In this document: positions 1-8,409 of the stretch, one piece after another
Layout of the letters: each line of letters starts with the position of its first letter
How positions within the stretch are numbered: position 1 is the stretch's first letter
Virus record (IMG/VR): IMGVR_UViG_3300043410_001129
Coordinates: 1-60,762 of that record
Origin: a virus
Lineage: Duplodnaviria; Caudoviricetes
Length of the DNA: 60,762 nucleotides
Direction: 5' to 3' (one strand)
Position numbers and translations under genes: made by a program
The notes under the pieces: model-generated
The model's input: only the letters and a program-made list of their open reading frames with translations
The model's database searches: none
Told to the model about the DNA's origin: nothing

Positions 1-127
1 CCGCCACCGCTGGTGGATACCCAGACGGTGCCCGTGTAAACGCGCATTTCTGAGGCGGTCGTGTTGAAGTGCAGGGCGCCGGTCAGAAGTGAGTTGCCGT
101 CGTTGTCGACCGTGGGGTCGGTGGCCT
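1..127 (+). repeat. Terminal direct repeat, copy 1 (assembly circularisation overlap)
   Basis: Identical to 60636-60762 and lies inside a continuous tail-fibre ORF. Confidence 0.95.
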
Positions 128-815
128 TGGCTCCGAGGTAGCGGTCGTCGAAGTTGTCGTAGGCGAGTTCGGCTGCCGCTTGGGCGGTTGCGGCGTTTGA
201 GGCGCTGGTCGCTGCGGCAGATGCGGAGGATGCGGAGTTGGTGGCCGAGGTGGCAGAGGCCGTGGCGGAATTGGCCGATGCTGTGGCCGATGTTGCTGCG
301 GCTGATGCGGAGGAGGCGGATGAGGTCGCGGAGGCTGCGGCTGCTGTGGCTGATGCTGCTGCGGCGGCGGTTGCCGTGTTCAGGGCGGTGCCGTCGAGGA
401 CCACGGAGAACTTGGTGAGGTCAGGGGTGCTGCTCGAGCTGGTGTGCGCAGTGGTGCAGATGTAGGTCGAGTTCGAGGAGGTGACGACGTCGAGCTGCTC
501 GTAGGCGGTGGCAGTGGCGTGGGCGCCGCGCTGACGCAGGATGTAGGAGTTCGGGATCGTGAGCCAACCCGTGGTCGGGTCGATGAACACGCCAATGCGG
601 AACTCGAGGGCGCGGGTGGTCGAGTTGATGCGGAACTGGAAGAGTTCTTCGCGGAAGTTGCCGTCGTCGCCGAAGAGGTCGGAGAGCAGGTCGAAGACCG
701 TGCGGCCACCAAGTTCGCAGGCTTCCAGGTAGGCGTCGAGAATCCAGTCGCCGGTAGCGGCGCTGCGGAAGCGGAGCTGTTCGCCGGTGGGACGGGTCTG
801 ATTATCCAATGTCAT
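1..815 (-). CDS. Tail fibre protein, N-terminal part. It continues across the circular junction to 59810, about 546 aa in total.
   Basis: Manual translation from ATG at 815 gives MTLDNQTRPTGEQLRF, an Ala/Ser/Thr-rich stalk, then YDNFDDRYLGAKATDPTVDNDGN, which runs in frame into MRVYTGTVW of the 59810..60682 ORF. Missing from the ORF track. Confidence 0.85.
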   Translation of the reverse strand, partial: MTLDNQTRPTGEQLRFRSAATGDWILDAYLEACELGGRTVFDLLSDLFGDDGNFREELFQFRINSTTRALEFRIGVFIDPTTGWLTIPNSYILRQRGAHATATAYEQLDVVTSSNSTYICTTAHTSSSSTPDLTKFSVVLDGTALNTATAAAAASATAAAASATSSASSASAAATSATASANSATASATSATNSASSASAAATSASNAATAQAAAELAYDNFDDRYLGAKATDPTVDNDGNSLLTGALHFNTTASEMRVYTGTVWVSTSGG

Positions 816-1200
816 CGCGGCGTCTCGTCATCTTGGAGAGTTCGCGCAGGAAGCGGAGGTCGCCTTCGAGTGTGTCGACTTTCTGTTGAAGGCTGCGCAG
901 GCCAGCGCCGATCTGGTTCTGGGCCTTCTGGATGTCGTCGTTCTGGCGAGCCATGCCCTCGGCGATGGCTGCGATGCGGGACTCGGCGGTTGTGAGCGTG
1001 TAGTCGAACTGCGTGGAGATCGCCGTGATGCGCTGGTCGATGTGTGGCGAGATGGCGTTGAGCAGCGCGTCGCGTTCCTCGGCGGAGAAGCGCGGCGAGG
1101 TCGAGAGGGCGGCGATCTGGGCGGAGACTTCGATAGCGACGATTTCGGCTACGAGTCTGCGGAAGTCTTCAGCGTCGCGGGCTTCAGCCATTGGCGGCAC
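802..1200 (-). CDS. Coiled-coil hypothetical protein
   Basis: 132-aa ORF overlapping the portal stop and the tail-fibre start. Confidence 0.75.
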   Translation of the reverse strand: MPPMAEARDAEDFRRLVAEIVAIEVSAQIAALSTSPRFSAEERDALLNAISPHIDQRITAISTQFDYTLTTAESRIAAIAEGMARQNDDIQKAQNQIGAGLRSLQQKVDTLEGDLRFLRELSKMTRRRDDIG

Positions 1201-3112
1201 TCCTCATTGGGATCAGGTTGCCCTTCTGGACTTCCTGCTGGATGTCTTCTTGTGGCTGGACCGAGGCGCCGCGCATTTTTTCCATGATGGAAAGCTGCTG
1301 GGAGGGCGAGAGGCCGTTCTGCTGGAGCTGGTCGCGGCTGATGCGGAAGCGGTCCAGGTCGGTGATGCCCATGGCGCGGATGGCTTCTTCAGCCATCTGG
1401 CCCACGTTGTATTCCATGTTCAGGCCGGTCTGATTGATGATTTGGAGCATGTTGACCCACGTTTCGGCATTGCGCGTGGGTTCGAGCGGCAGGGTGCCGT
1501 CGATGACCAAGTAGTCGATCTCGCCTTGCAGGTCTTTGGTGACGTCGAAGTCGAGGTAGCCGTCCTGCACCATGGGGGCGAGTGCGTTCGGCATGTTGTC
1601 CTCGGGGACTTTGACTGAGCCGTTGTAGACGAGGGCGTCCTGGATATTAGCGACCATCATGCGCACGAGGGGGCGAATGTAGTTCGCGGAGGCGACGCGG
1701 GAGAGGACGCCGAGGCGCTGGGAGCCAAGTTGGGTCAGTCGCTGGATTTCGGTGGCCGTGCGGACGTCGGCTGTGGGCATACCTTGTTGCGCGTCCGAGG
1801 CGGCGGAGACCCGCTGCTTGAGGTCGGAGAGAGCGGCGATGTCATTCCAGTGGCCACGGGTGACGTCTGGGACTTGGGCAATGAAGACGCCGTCTCCGGG
1901 TTTGGAGCCGGGGAGAGTTCGGACGACGCCCCAGGGGTTTCGGTCGATGAGGTCGGAGACGCTGACTTGGGTGGGGTCGACGAAGATGAGATTGTTGAGA
2001 GCAGCCTGAACGTTGTCGATACGGCTCCGAAGAAGCCAAGTTGCGATGTCATGAAGCGGAAGAAGGATGTCATAGAGGGACTGCCCGTAGTTCTTGTGCG
2101 AGTCATTGAAGAGACTCCCCATGACCATCGGGAACTGTTGCCCGTATGGGTTGAGCTGGCAGCGGATGACGACGTTTTCGTCGAGGATTGTGACCACCAT
2201 CCAGATTTGGTCGATGGTCGGGACGCCGATCTCGTAGCCTGCGAGGCGCACCCAGCACTCGTCGATGACGCGGGAGTCACCGAGGGTGAAGAAGGTGTGG
2301 TTCATACGCTCGCGGGAAAGGGGCGAGGAGGGGTCGATGGAGAGGCCGCGACCGGCTTCCTGGTGCCAACGGTGCGCTTCCCAGCCAACTTTGTTGGTCG
2401 TCAGTCGGTGGCGGAGCTGCGGGTATTCGCGGAGTTTTGGGTATAGTCCGGTCTGGAGGAGGGCTGGGAAGGAGACGAAGTCTGTGAAGACGCAGTATTG
2501 CATCTTCTCCCAATCGCCCCAGTGGACGCGGGGGTCCGGGAAGACGCGGCGCGGGTCGAAGTTGATGATGTGGTTCTGGTTGGATTTCGCGTCCCAGATG
2601 AGCTTGGTGGGTGCGAAGCCGTAGCGGATGGAGTCCAGGAGGCACTGGGCGATGCGTGCTTCGCCCGCAGTGCGGCGCATCTGCTGGTGGAGGACGCGCT
2701 CAAGGATGAGGGAGGCGTTGCGGGATTTTCGGTTGAGGCCCTCGAGCTGGAACATTGGATTGCGGCCCGCAAGGGCCGCCATCATGTAGGTGAGAACGGT
2801 GTCTGCGATGGCGCGGGTATCGGCGATGACGGCCTTTTCGCGGAAGTCGGTGGCGTCTGGGCGGACATAGACGTCGTGTGCGCGGTCGGCCTCGAGCCAA
2901 TGGTCGTAGCGCTTGCTGATTTTGCGGTAGGACATGAGGGTGGCGGAGCGCACCCAGTCGACCAGGCGGAGTTCCTGCTCGTCGGTGAGGCGAGCGGAGA
3001 TGTCCTCGTAATTGAGGATGGCGTCCATGTGTTCGGAAAGGTCAACGATGGTGCCATCGTGAGCAATTCCAGACGCAGCATACTGGGCGTAACGATTGGT
3101 TTCTGTGGCCAT
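1184..3112 (-). CDS. Portal protein
   Basis: 642 aa, directly after TerL. RTATE motif and overall pattern of podovirus portals. Confidence 0.85.
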   Translation of the reverse strand: MATETNRYAQYAASGIAHDGTIVDLSEHMDAILNYEDISARLTDEQELRLVDWVRSATLMSYRKISKRYDHWLEADRAHDVYVRPDATDFREKAVIADTRAIADTVLTYMMAALAGRNPMFQLEGLNRKSRNASLILERVLHQQMRRTAGEARIAQCLLDSIRYGFAPTKLIWDAKSNQNHIINFDPRRVFPDPRVHWGDWEKMQYCVFTDFVSFPALLQTGLYPKLREYPQLRHRLTTNKVGWEAHRWHQEAGRGLSIDPSSPLSRERMNHTFFTLGDSRVIDECWVRLAGYEIGVPTIDQIWMVVTILDENVVIRCQLNPYGQQFPMVMGSLFNDSHKNYGQSLYDILLPLHDIATWLLRSRIDNVQAALNNLIFVDPTQVSVSDLIDRNPWGVVRTLPGSKPGDGVFIAQVPDVTRGHWNDIAALSDLKQRVSAASDAQQGMPTADVRTATEIQRLTQLGSQRLGVLSRVASANYIRPLVRMMVANIQDALVYNGSVKVPEDNMPNALAPMVQDGYLDFDVTKDLQGEIDYLVIDGTLPLEPTRNAETWVNMLQIINQTGLNMEYNVGQMAEEAIRAMGITDLDRFRISRDQLQQNGLSPSQQLSIMEKMRGASVQPQEDIQQEVQKGNLIPMRSAANG

Positions 3113-3118
3113 GGGGGG

Positions 3119-3149
3119 ATATTGCCGATCTGGGGTGGTTGGGTCGTCC
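3119..3149 (-). promoter_or_regulatory. GGACGAC-N18-CAATAT promoter, possibly giving a leaderless portal mRNA
   Basis: Motif and spacing are shared with six other sites. The -10 ends 6 nt before the portal ATG. Confidence 0.65.
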
Positions 3150-3154
3150 CTGTT

Positions 3155-4813
3155 TTATTGGCCCCAGCCACGGAAAGTGGGGAGCGAGGGGGCGAGTTTC
3201 TGGCGTAGGGAGTCGGTGAACTTGGGGGCCAATGAGTTGAGGGAAGAGAAGGGGCTGATGGACAGGTCCATCATCTCGGGGGTAACGGCTTGGCGTGAGA
3301 GGACGTCCAGGCCCATGGAGAGCATGTCGATCTGGTCGTCGTGGGTGGAGTTGGGGAACTCGACGCACTCCTGGAGGAAGGTGTCGAGCCAAAGGGCCTG
3401 GGAGGGGAGGAGGACGCGCCCGCCCTGGATCATGGGGGTGACCGTGAGGAGGCGGGTGATTTTGTCGGTGGAGACCTTGTGGGGGATGATCGAAAGGCCG
3501 GACTCGCGGCGGAGTTCCTGGATGACGGATTGGCCCGAGGATTTGTCTTCGATGTAGATGGCGCGGAGACCCTTGCCTCTCCACTGGGTGTTGAGGTGAA
3601 TGAGTTTGCGCTTGAGGTCCGGGTATTCAATGCGCTTGCGGAAGACGTCGAGGAGATAGATGTCGGCGTTGTGGTGCAGGCCGAAGACGCCAATGGCAGT
3701 GGGATCGTTCTGGTCGCCGGACTTGTAGGCGGAGTCGACCGAGATGATGATGGACTGGAAGTCGGTGGAGATGTCGACGTCGGCGGGGTTGTAGTAGCGC
3801 CACCAGTCGGTCTTGAGGACGTTACCGCCCCGGATGTAGGGGGACTGCTGGTAGAGCGCGGCGAACTCGCGTTCGTTGAGCTGGCGCTTGCGGTGCAGGT
3901 CGTCGAGGGGGAAGCGCTCGGGCCAGAGGGCGACCTCGCGTTTGCGGGTGACCCATTGCTCCTTTTCGGGGAGCTGGTGGCACGGATAGGACTTGAGGTA
4001 GAGCGGGTCGTCCTCGGGGAGGTGGCAGCGCTTGATCTTGACGTCTGTGTCGACGTCTCGGATGGCGGGGAAGTTGATGTGAAGCCAACGGCCAGAGGAC
4101 CAATCTGAGGACTTCATGAGGCGCCCGGCGAGGTCGTCTGGGTGCCAGCGCGTGAGGATGACGATTTCGATGGGGTCGTCGCCGGAGCTGGTGGGTTCTT
4201 TGCGGTTCTCGAGGGAGGAGACGTAGAAATCCCAGACGCGGTTGCGGTAGGTGGTGGACTCGGCCTCGGCGCGGTTTTTGACGGGGTCGTCGATGAGGAG
4301 AAGGTTGGCGGGGCGGCCTGTGGTTGAGCCGGATACACCGCAGCCAAAGTAGGAGCCGCCCCCGTCATGGGTGGCGGAGTTCTGGGTCATCCAGTCGTTC
4401 TTGGCGCGGGTGTCGGTGCGGAGGGCGAAACGCGGGAAAGTGAGGGTGTGGTCGGGGTGGGTGACGTAATTGCGGACCTTTTGGCCAAAGGTGTTGGAGA
4501 GATCGGAGGAGTATGAGGTGGATAGGACGTGGCGACGGGGGTCGCGGCCCATGTAATAGGCCGTGAAGAGGTGGGTCACGAGCGTGGATTTGCCGTGGCG
4601 GGGCGGCATGTTGATCAGGACGCGGGTGATTTTGCGGTCACCAATGCGGAGCGTGCCCTTTTCGAGCTTGTCGAGGACGTCGATGATCTGGAGGTGGAAG
4701 CTGGCGAGTTCGAAGGCTGGCTCCATGAGCTTGACGTAGCCAAGGAACGAGTCGGAGGCTTCTTCCAGGGCGAGCAGGCGCTTGGCTGCGGAGCGGATGT
4801 CAGGTTCAGACAT
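3155..4813 (-). CDS. terL: Terminase large subunit
   Basis: Walker A PPRHGKS, Walker B LLLIDDP, TRWHPDDL, nuclease domain SVDSA and HDDQID. Confidence 0.96.
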   Translation of the reverse strand: MSEPDIRSAAKRLLALEEASDSFLGYVKLMEPAFELASFHLQIIDVLDKLEKGTLRIGDRKITRVLINMPPRHGKSTLVTHLFTAYYMGRDPRRHVLSTSYSSDLSNTFGQKVRNYVTHPDHTLTFPRFALRTDTRAKNDWMTQNSATHDGGGSYFGCGVSGSTTGRPANLLLIDDPVKNRAEAESTTYRNRVWDFYVSSLENRKEPTSSGDDPIEIVILTRWHPDDLAGRLMKSSDWSSGRWLHINFPAIRDVDTDVKIKRCHLPEDDPLYLKSYPCHQLPEKEQWVTRKREVALWPERFPLDDLHRKRQLNEREFAALYQQSPYIRGGNVLKTDWWRYYNPADVDISTDFQSIIISVDSAYKSGDQNDPTAIGVFGLHHNADIYLLDVFRKRIEYPDLKRKLIHLNTQWRGKGLRAIYIEDKSSGQSVIQELRRESGLSIIPHKVSTDKITRLLTVTPMIQGGRVLLPSQALWLDTFLQECVEFPNSTHDDQIDMLSMGLDVLSRQAVTPEMMDLSISPFSSLNSLAPKFTDSLRQKLAPSLPTFRGWGQ

Positions 4814-5240
4814 GGCGTTTTGTGTCTTTCTTGGGAACGTAGGTGTCCAGGTCGTGGTAGCCCTCGATGAAAAGGGGCACTCCGAGCTTGTTGGTGCGTC
4901 TGCGAGCGGACTGGCGCCTGCGCATGAGGCGGTAATATTCGGGAGAGAAGGTCTCCACGCCTGGGGGCATGGGGTAGCGATTGTGAATTGGGTCGATTGA
5001 ATAGGTCCAGTTGGGTCTTGGGCGTGGGTGCGGTGCCTTTTTGGTGGTGATTACCGTGAACCAATGGTCGTCGATGGTGTGAAGCTGCGAGGGATCGACG
5101 CCGTATCGCTTGCAATGGCGCACAATGTCTTCTGGGGTGCGGGGAACCTGGTCTTTGTAGAGAAGGCGAGGCATGGTCATCACTACGGTTTTGCTAAAAA
5201 CAGCGCGGGCAGTGGGGATGGCGAACGGCTGGGACTCCAA
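4806..5240 (-). CDS. Hypothetical basic protein between TerS and TerL (start uncertain)
   Basis: ORF overlaps the TerL start. No motif recognised. Confidence 0.55.
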   Translation of the reverse strand: MESQPFAIPTARAVFSKTVVMTMPRLLYKDQVPRTPEDIVRHCKRYGVDPSQLHTIDDHWFTVITTKKAPHPRPRPNWTYSIDPIHNRYPMPPGVETFSPEYYRLMRRRQSARRRTNKLGVPLFIEGYHDLDTYVPKKDTKRHV

Positions 5241-5267
5241 CGGCGGCCCGACCCCTACCGCCCCCCC

Positions 5268-5690
5268 CTATGCCTGCGCGTCGAGCGGGTCGTGGGCGAG
5301 GTCTGGCTCGGATGCTGGCAGGTCTGCTGGCAGGTCCGAAGGGAAAGCATCAGGAATTGCTTGCAATTCCAGATGCTTAGGGCTGGCAGTGCTATCCTTC
5401 GGAGGAATAGCATCGCCGATTAGTTCTCGAAGCTGAGCTTTGCTCATCTTCGAGAGATCATGGTGGTGGTGAACGTGTTGTTCAGCGTAAGACGCTGAGA
5501 TTTCAGGCAAAACTTTTGAGAGTAAAACTCTCGATGCAGCGACTCTTGCCATCGTGTCCTTGCGATTTGGGTCGATTTTGCCTTCGGCAATGTCACCCAA
5601 CGCATCAATCGCGGCATGAGCGCGATGCAAGACCTTGCGCCTGAGTCTGCGCACTTCGTCAGCTGAAAGCTCGACAGACCTCGTGGCCAT
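5268..5690 (-). CDS. Probable terminase small subunit
   Basis: Upstream of TerL. AASRVLLSKVLP and DLSKMSKAQL segments are typical of TerS. GGAG RBS precedes MATRS. Confidence 0.65.
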   Translation of the reverse strand: MATRSVELSADEVRRLRRKVLHRAHAAIDALGDIAEGKIDPNRKDTMARVAASRVLLSKVLPEISASYAEQHVHHHHDLSKMSKAQLRELIGDAIPPKDSTASPKHLELQAIPDAFPSDLPADLPASEPDLAHDPLDAQA

Positions 5691-5718
5691 CACAAAAACT
5701 CCGTTTTCTACCATCGGC

Positions 5719-5750
5719 ACTTTAGCGTTGGATTTTTTTACACGTCGTCC
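5719..5750 (-). promoter_or_regulatory. GGACGAC-N19-TAAAGT promoter for the terminase operon
   Basis: Repeated motif. Overlaps hairpin element 1 of the early region. Confidence 0.6.
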
Positions 5751-5772
5751 CTGAAAGGGACTGAAGGGAATA
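5747..5772 (+). promoter_or_regulatory. GAA-triloop hairpin + TGAAGGGAATA element, copy 1
   Basis: GTCCCT-GAA-AGGGAC-TGAAGGGAATA. Confidence 0.65.
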
Positions 5773-5834
5773 AAGGGGAGGCAAATCGGCCAGTCCGATG
5801 CCTCGAAACCCTCTCTCCCACAGACATTGCGAAT

Positions 5835-5858
5835 GTCCCGAAGGGACTGAGGGGAATA
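5835..5858 (+). promoter_or_regulatory. GAA-triloop hairpin + TGAGGGGAATA element, copy 2
   Basis: GTCCC-GAA-GGGAC-TGAGGGGAATA, upstream of the first early gene. Confidence 0.65.
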
Positions 5859-5905
5859 GAAGCGAGGCCAATTCGGTCTCAACCAACCCCGAAAGGATTA
5901 CGATC

Positions 5906-6304
5906 ATGCTGAATACGATTCACCCCGTTCTCGTTGCTGAAGGCAACGTTGTGAAGCGCAAAGACGGTTCCACCGTTGCTCGTCCTTTGGCCATCTGCAC
6001 CGAAGGTGGCTTCTGCGTCAAAGTGAAGGGCGACTACGTCGCCGTCGATCCCATCGCTGCCAATCGTGTTTCGGTCTCCGACCGCAAGGTCACATTGGCC
6101 CGATACGCAAAGCTGGCTGACATTCAGCCGAAGGCTGAGAAGGTTCCTGCCAAGCCCGAAGCCAAGCCAGTCGCAAAGCGACTGACCAAGACGGTCAAGC
6201 CGAAGGCTAAGGCCGAAGCGACCGAAGCCCTTGGCTTCAGCAAGCAGTTCGGTATCAGCGAAGCTGATGCTCGCAAAATCCTCGCAATCCTGACTGGCAA
6301 GTGA
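5906..6304 (+). CDS. Early Lys/Ala-rich hypothetical protein
   Basis: AAAGGA RBS before MLNTIH. Basic PKAEK/PAKP stretch. Confidence 0.75.
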   Translation: MLNTIHPVLVAEGNVVKRKDGSTVARPLAICTEGGFCVKVKGDYVAVDPIAANRVSVSDRKVTLARYAKLADIQPKAEKVPAKPEAKPVAKRLTKTVKPKAKAEATEALGFSKQFGISEADARKILAILTGK

Positions 6305-6312
6305 GGTGTGTC

Positions 6313-6501
6313 ATGAGCAATCGCGAAGAACTCACCAATCGCGTCGACCTCCTTCAGGAGGTCGTTCGCACTCTCCGCTCAGATCGCAACTTCTGGCTTC
6401 GCCAGAAAGACTTCAAGCGTGTCGCTGACATACGTCGACGTCTAAAACACGCTGAAGAACGACTGGCGATGTGCCTCCACTACTTGCCAAGCGCAGCCTA
6501 A
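6313..6501 (+). CDS. Small early coiled-coil protein
   Basis: GAGGTG RBS, followed by a terminator. Confidence 0.7.
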   Translation: MSNREELTNRVDLLQEVVRTLRSDRNFWLRQKDFKRVADIRRRLKHAEERLAMCLHYLPSAA

Positions 6502-6508
6502 TCGCATA

Positions 6509-6537
6509 GGGCCACCCTTCGGGGTGGCCCTTTTTTT
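6509..6537 (+). terminator. Rho-independent terminator
   Basis: GGGCCACCC-TTCG-GGGTGGCCC-T7. Confidence 0.9.
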
Positions 6538-6568
6538 CGTTTCCACGTCCCATTACAGGAGCCTAATC

Positions 6569-6658
6569 ATGAGCGAGACTTTGCAGACCATTGCCGAAGG
6601 CATTGCCTTCAGCTGTTTCATGACCATGATCTTTGCCGTGTTCTTCATCGCGTTTTGA
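6569..6658 (+). CDS. 29-aa membrane peptide (MSETLQTIAEGIAFSCFMTMIFAVFFIAF)
   Basis: AGGAG RBS and a hydrophobic helix. Below the ORF-track cutoff. Confidence 0.55.
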   Translation: MSETLQTIAEGIAFSCFMTMIFAVFFIAF

Positions 6659-6668
6659 GGTCCACGAC

Positions 6669-6764
6669 ATGATCCACGACGACGACGTGTGGCCTCTCAT
6701 CAAGGTCACGGCTTTCACGACAGCCGTTCTGATGACCCTCATCTATATCGCCTTTACTCGTTAG
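6669..6764 (+). CDS. 31-aa membrane peptide (MIHDDDVWPLIKVTAFTTAVLMTLIYIAFTR)
   Basis: GAGGT RBS and a hydrophobic helix. Confidence 0.55.
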   Translation: MIHDDDVWPLIKVTAFTTAVLMTLIYIAFTR

Positions 6765-6789
6765 TCCCCGAAGGGGACTGAAGGGAATA
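6764..6789 (+). promoter_or_regulatory. GAA-triloop hairpin + TGAAGGGAATA element, copy 3
   Basis: GTCCCC-GAA-GGGGAC-TGAAGGGAATA. Confidence 0.65.
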
Positions 6790-6845
6790 ACTGTGCCTCG
6801 CCGATCAACGGCGGGGCTTTTTCTGTTACACGAAAGGATATTTCC

Positions 6846-7085
6846 ATGTTCAACGACATCACGGCTCTTCGAGCCATCTCTATTGCCGCTTACGTTTCCA
6901 GCACAATTATGACCTGCGTTGCTGTCCTCGACGACGCATGGCCTCAAGCCAGCTTCTGGGTTCTCACGTTGATCCTCAACGTGTTGATCGACCGCAACTC
7001 GGAGTCAACGACAATCCACCTCGTGATTACAAGCGACGAGCCAGCCACCATCACTGGCTACACTGTCCCGAAGGGTCACGAATAA
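6846..7085 (+). CDS. Small two-helix membrane protein
   Basis: AAAGGA RBS and two hydrophobic segments. Confidence 0.65.
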   Translation: MFNDITALRAISIAAYVSSTIMTCVAVLDDAWPQASFWVLTLILNVLIDRNSESTTIHLVITSDEPATITGYTVPKGHE

Positions 7086-7513
7086 TGCAAACCTTCATGC
7101 CCTATGTGACCTTCGCGACGAGTGCCAACTGCCTCGACAACAAGCGTCTCAACAAGCAAATCACCGAGTGTCGCCAGATCATGCGTGCCCTGGCACGCAA
7201 ACGTCTTGGCATGAAAGCAGGGTGGCAAAGCCACCCTGCGGTTCTCATGTGGGAAGGCCACCTCGGTTCGCTCCAAGCGTATCACAACTGTTGCGTTAGA
7301 GCGTGGTGGGACCGTGGCTACAACAGCCACACGATGCTCGCCATTCACGGATTGCACGACGACGACTTGCCGTCGTGGGTCGGAGACCTTCGCCTTCACG
7401 TCTCCCACCAAGCCAATCTGGTTCGCAAAGACCCAGACCACTACGGGCCGCTGTTTCCATACGTCGACCCGTCACTCCCCTACTACTGGCCAACACAAGG
7501 AGAAGCCAAATGA
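7085..7513 (+). CDS. Pyrimidine-dimer DNA glycosylase / T4 endonuclease V-like protein (MSMEG_6728 family)
   Basis: MQTFMPY, LDNKRLNKQITECRQI, WQSHPAVLMWEG, SHQANLVRKDP and PYYWP match the family pattern. Confidence 0.85.
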   Translation: MQTFMPYVTFATSANCLDNKRLNKQITECRQIMRALARKRLGMKAGWQSHPAVLMWEGHLGSLQAYHNCCVRAWWDRGYNSHTMLAIHGLHDDDLPSWVGDLRLHVSHQANLVRKDPDHYGPLFPYVDPSLPYYWPTQGEAK

Positions 7514-7833
7514 ACCACACCATCAAGACTGCCGACGAATTGCGTGACGCCTCTCACGAGTTTGCACGCCTCATTCAGAAATCACTCGAACAGATGGCAC
7601 CAATCTGGAAAGAGCGTGGCTACAGAGACGCCGACGTGTTGAAGGTCAGCACCTCTGCCCTTGGCAGCATGATCGGGATGATGTGCGGCACGACAGGCGT
7701 TGAGGACGAGGCTCATGTTCCAGGACTGATGGATGCCCTTAAGCCACTGGCTATCTCGTCTTACGAGAAAACCATGCTGGTCCTGAGCCTGACCTGCGAA
7801 GAAGAACTCGACGAAGAAACCACTGCCCACTAA
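7510..7833 (+). CDS. Hypothetical protein
   Basis: AGGAG RBS and ATGA overlap with the previous gene. Confidence 0.7.
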   Translation: MNHTIKTADELRDASHEFARLIQKSLEQMAPIWKERGYRDADVLKVSTSALGSMIGMMCGTTGVEDEAHVPGLMDALKPLAISSYEKTMLVLSLTCEEELDEETTAH

Positions 7834-7852
7834 CGCATTAGGAGACATTGCG

Positions 7853-8398
7853 ATGCAAGATATTTGCGACAACTTCGTTACCATCAAACACTCCGACCCC
7901 AAGTTCATTGCGAAAATCGTGAAGGACTTCAAGGATGGCTCGCTATTCGGCGGGCTTTACCCTCGGCCCAAGCATGTTCCCGAAGAACGTGATGCCTCTT
8001 GGAAGATCGGCAACTGGGGAGTCAGCCACGACGTCGGCATCGACCAAAGACTGTCGGGCCAACGCATCAACAGCTACGAGCTGGTCAACCCGAACTATGT
8101 GGCTCTCCGCTTCGAGACCAAGTTCGCACCGCCCATCTCCTATTACGAGAACCTGATGGGAGACTTCGACGCTGAGATCGACGCCATGTTCTTCGCAACA
8201 AGGGCCAAGGACGATCAGGACTACTGCGGCTCATACAACATGGGTCATTACGATGACCTCGACATCGTGAGTCGAACTCACAAGTGGGCCAAGACTCACA
8301 TCCCACCTGAAGTCGAGACGACTCTCGACATTGCCAAGCACTACGCAGACCGTGAGGACCAAGTCGAAGAGCAGATCAACCTGTCCCTCGTCTATTAA
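7853..8398 (+). CDS. DUF1281 / YubB ferredoxin-like domain protein
   Basis: WKIGNWG and FETKFAPP motifs. Confidence 0.65.
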   Translation: MQDICDNFVTIKHSDPKFIAKIVKDFKDGSLFGGLYPRPKHVPEERDASWKIGNWGVSHDVGIDQRLSGQRINSYELVNPNYVALRFETKFAPPISYYENLMGDFDAEIDAMFFATRAKDDQDYCGSYNMGHYDDLDIVSRTHKWAKTHIPPEVETTLDIAKHYADREDQVEEQINLSLVY

Positions 8399-8409
8399 GT
8401 GTATGTGTG

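Noticed and set aside
5741-5820. Hammerhead ribozyme (CTGA...GAAA around stems)
   Set aside because: The core reads CTGAAGG rather than CUGANGA, no NUH sits next to stem I, and the other copies lack the arrangement.
7065-7080. GTCCCGAAGGGTC as a fifth hairpin element
   Set aside because: It lies inside a CDS, has an imperfect stem and lacks the TGARGGGAATA tail.
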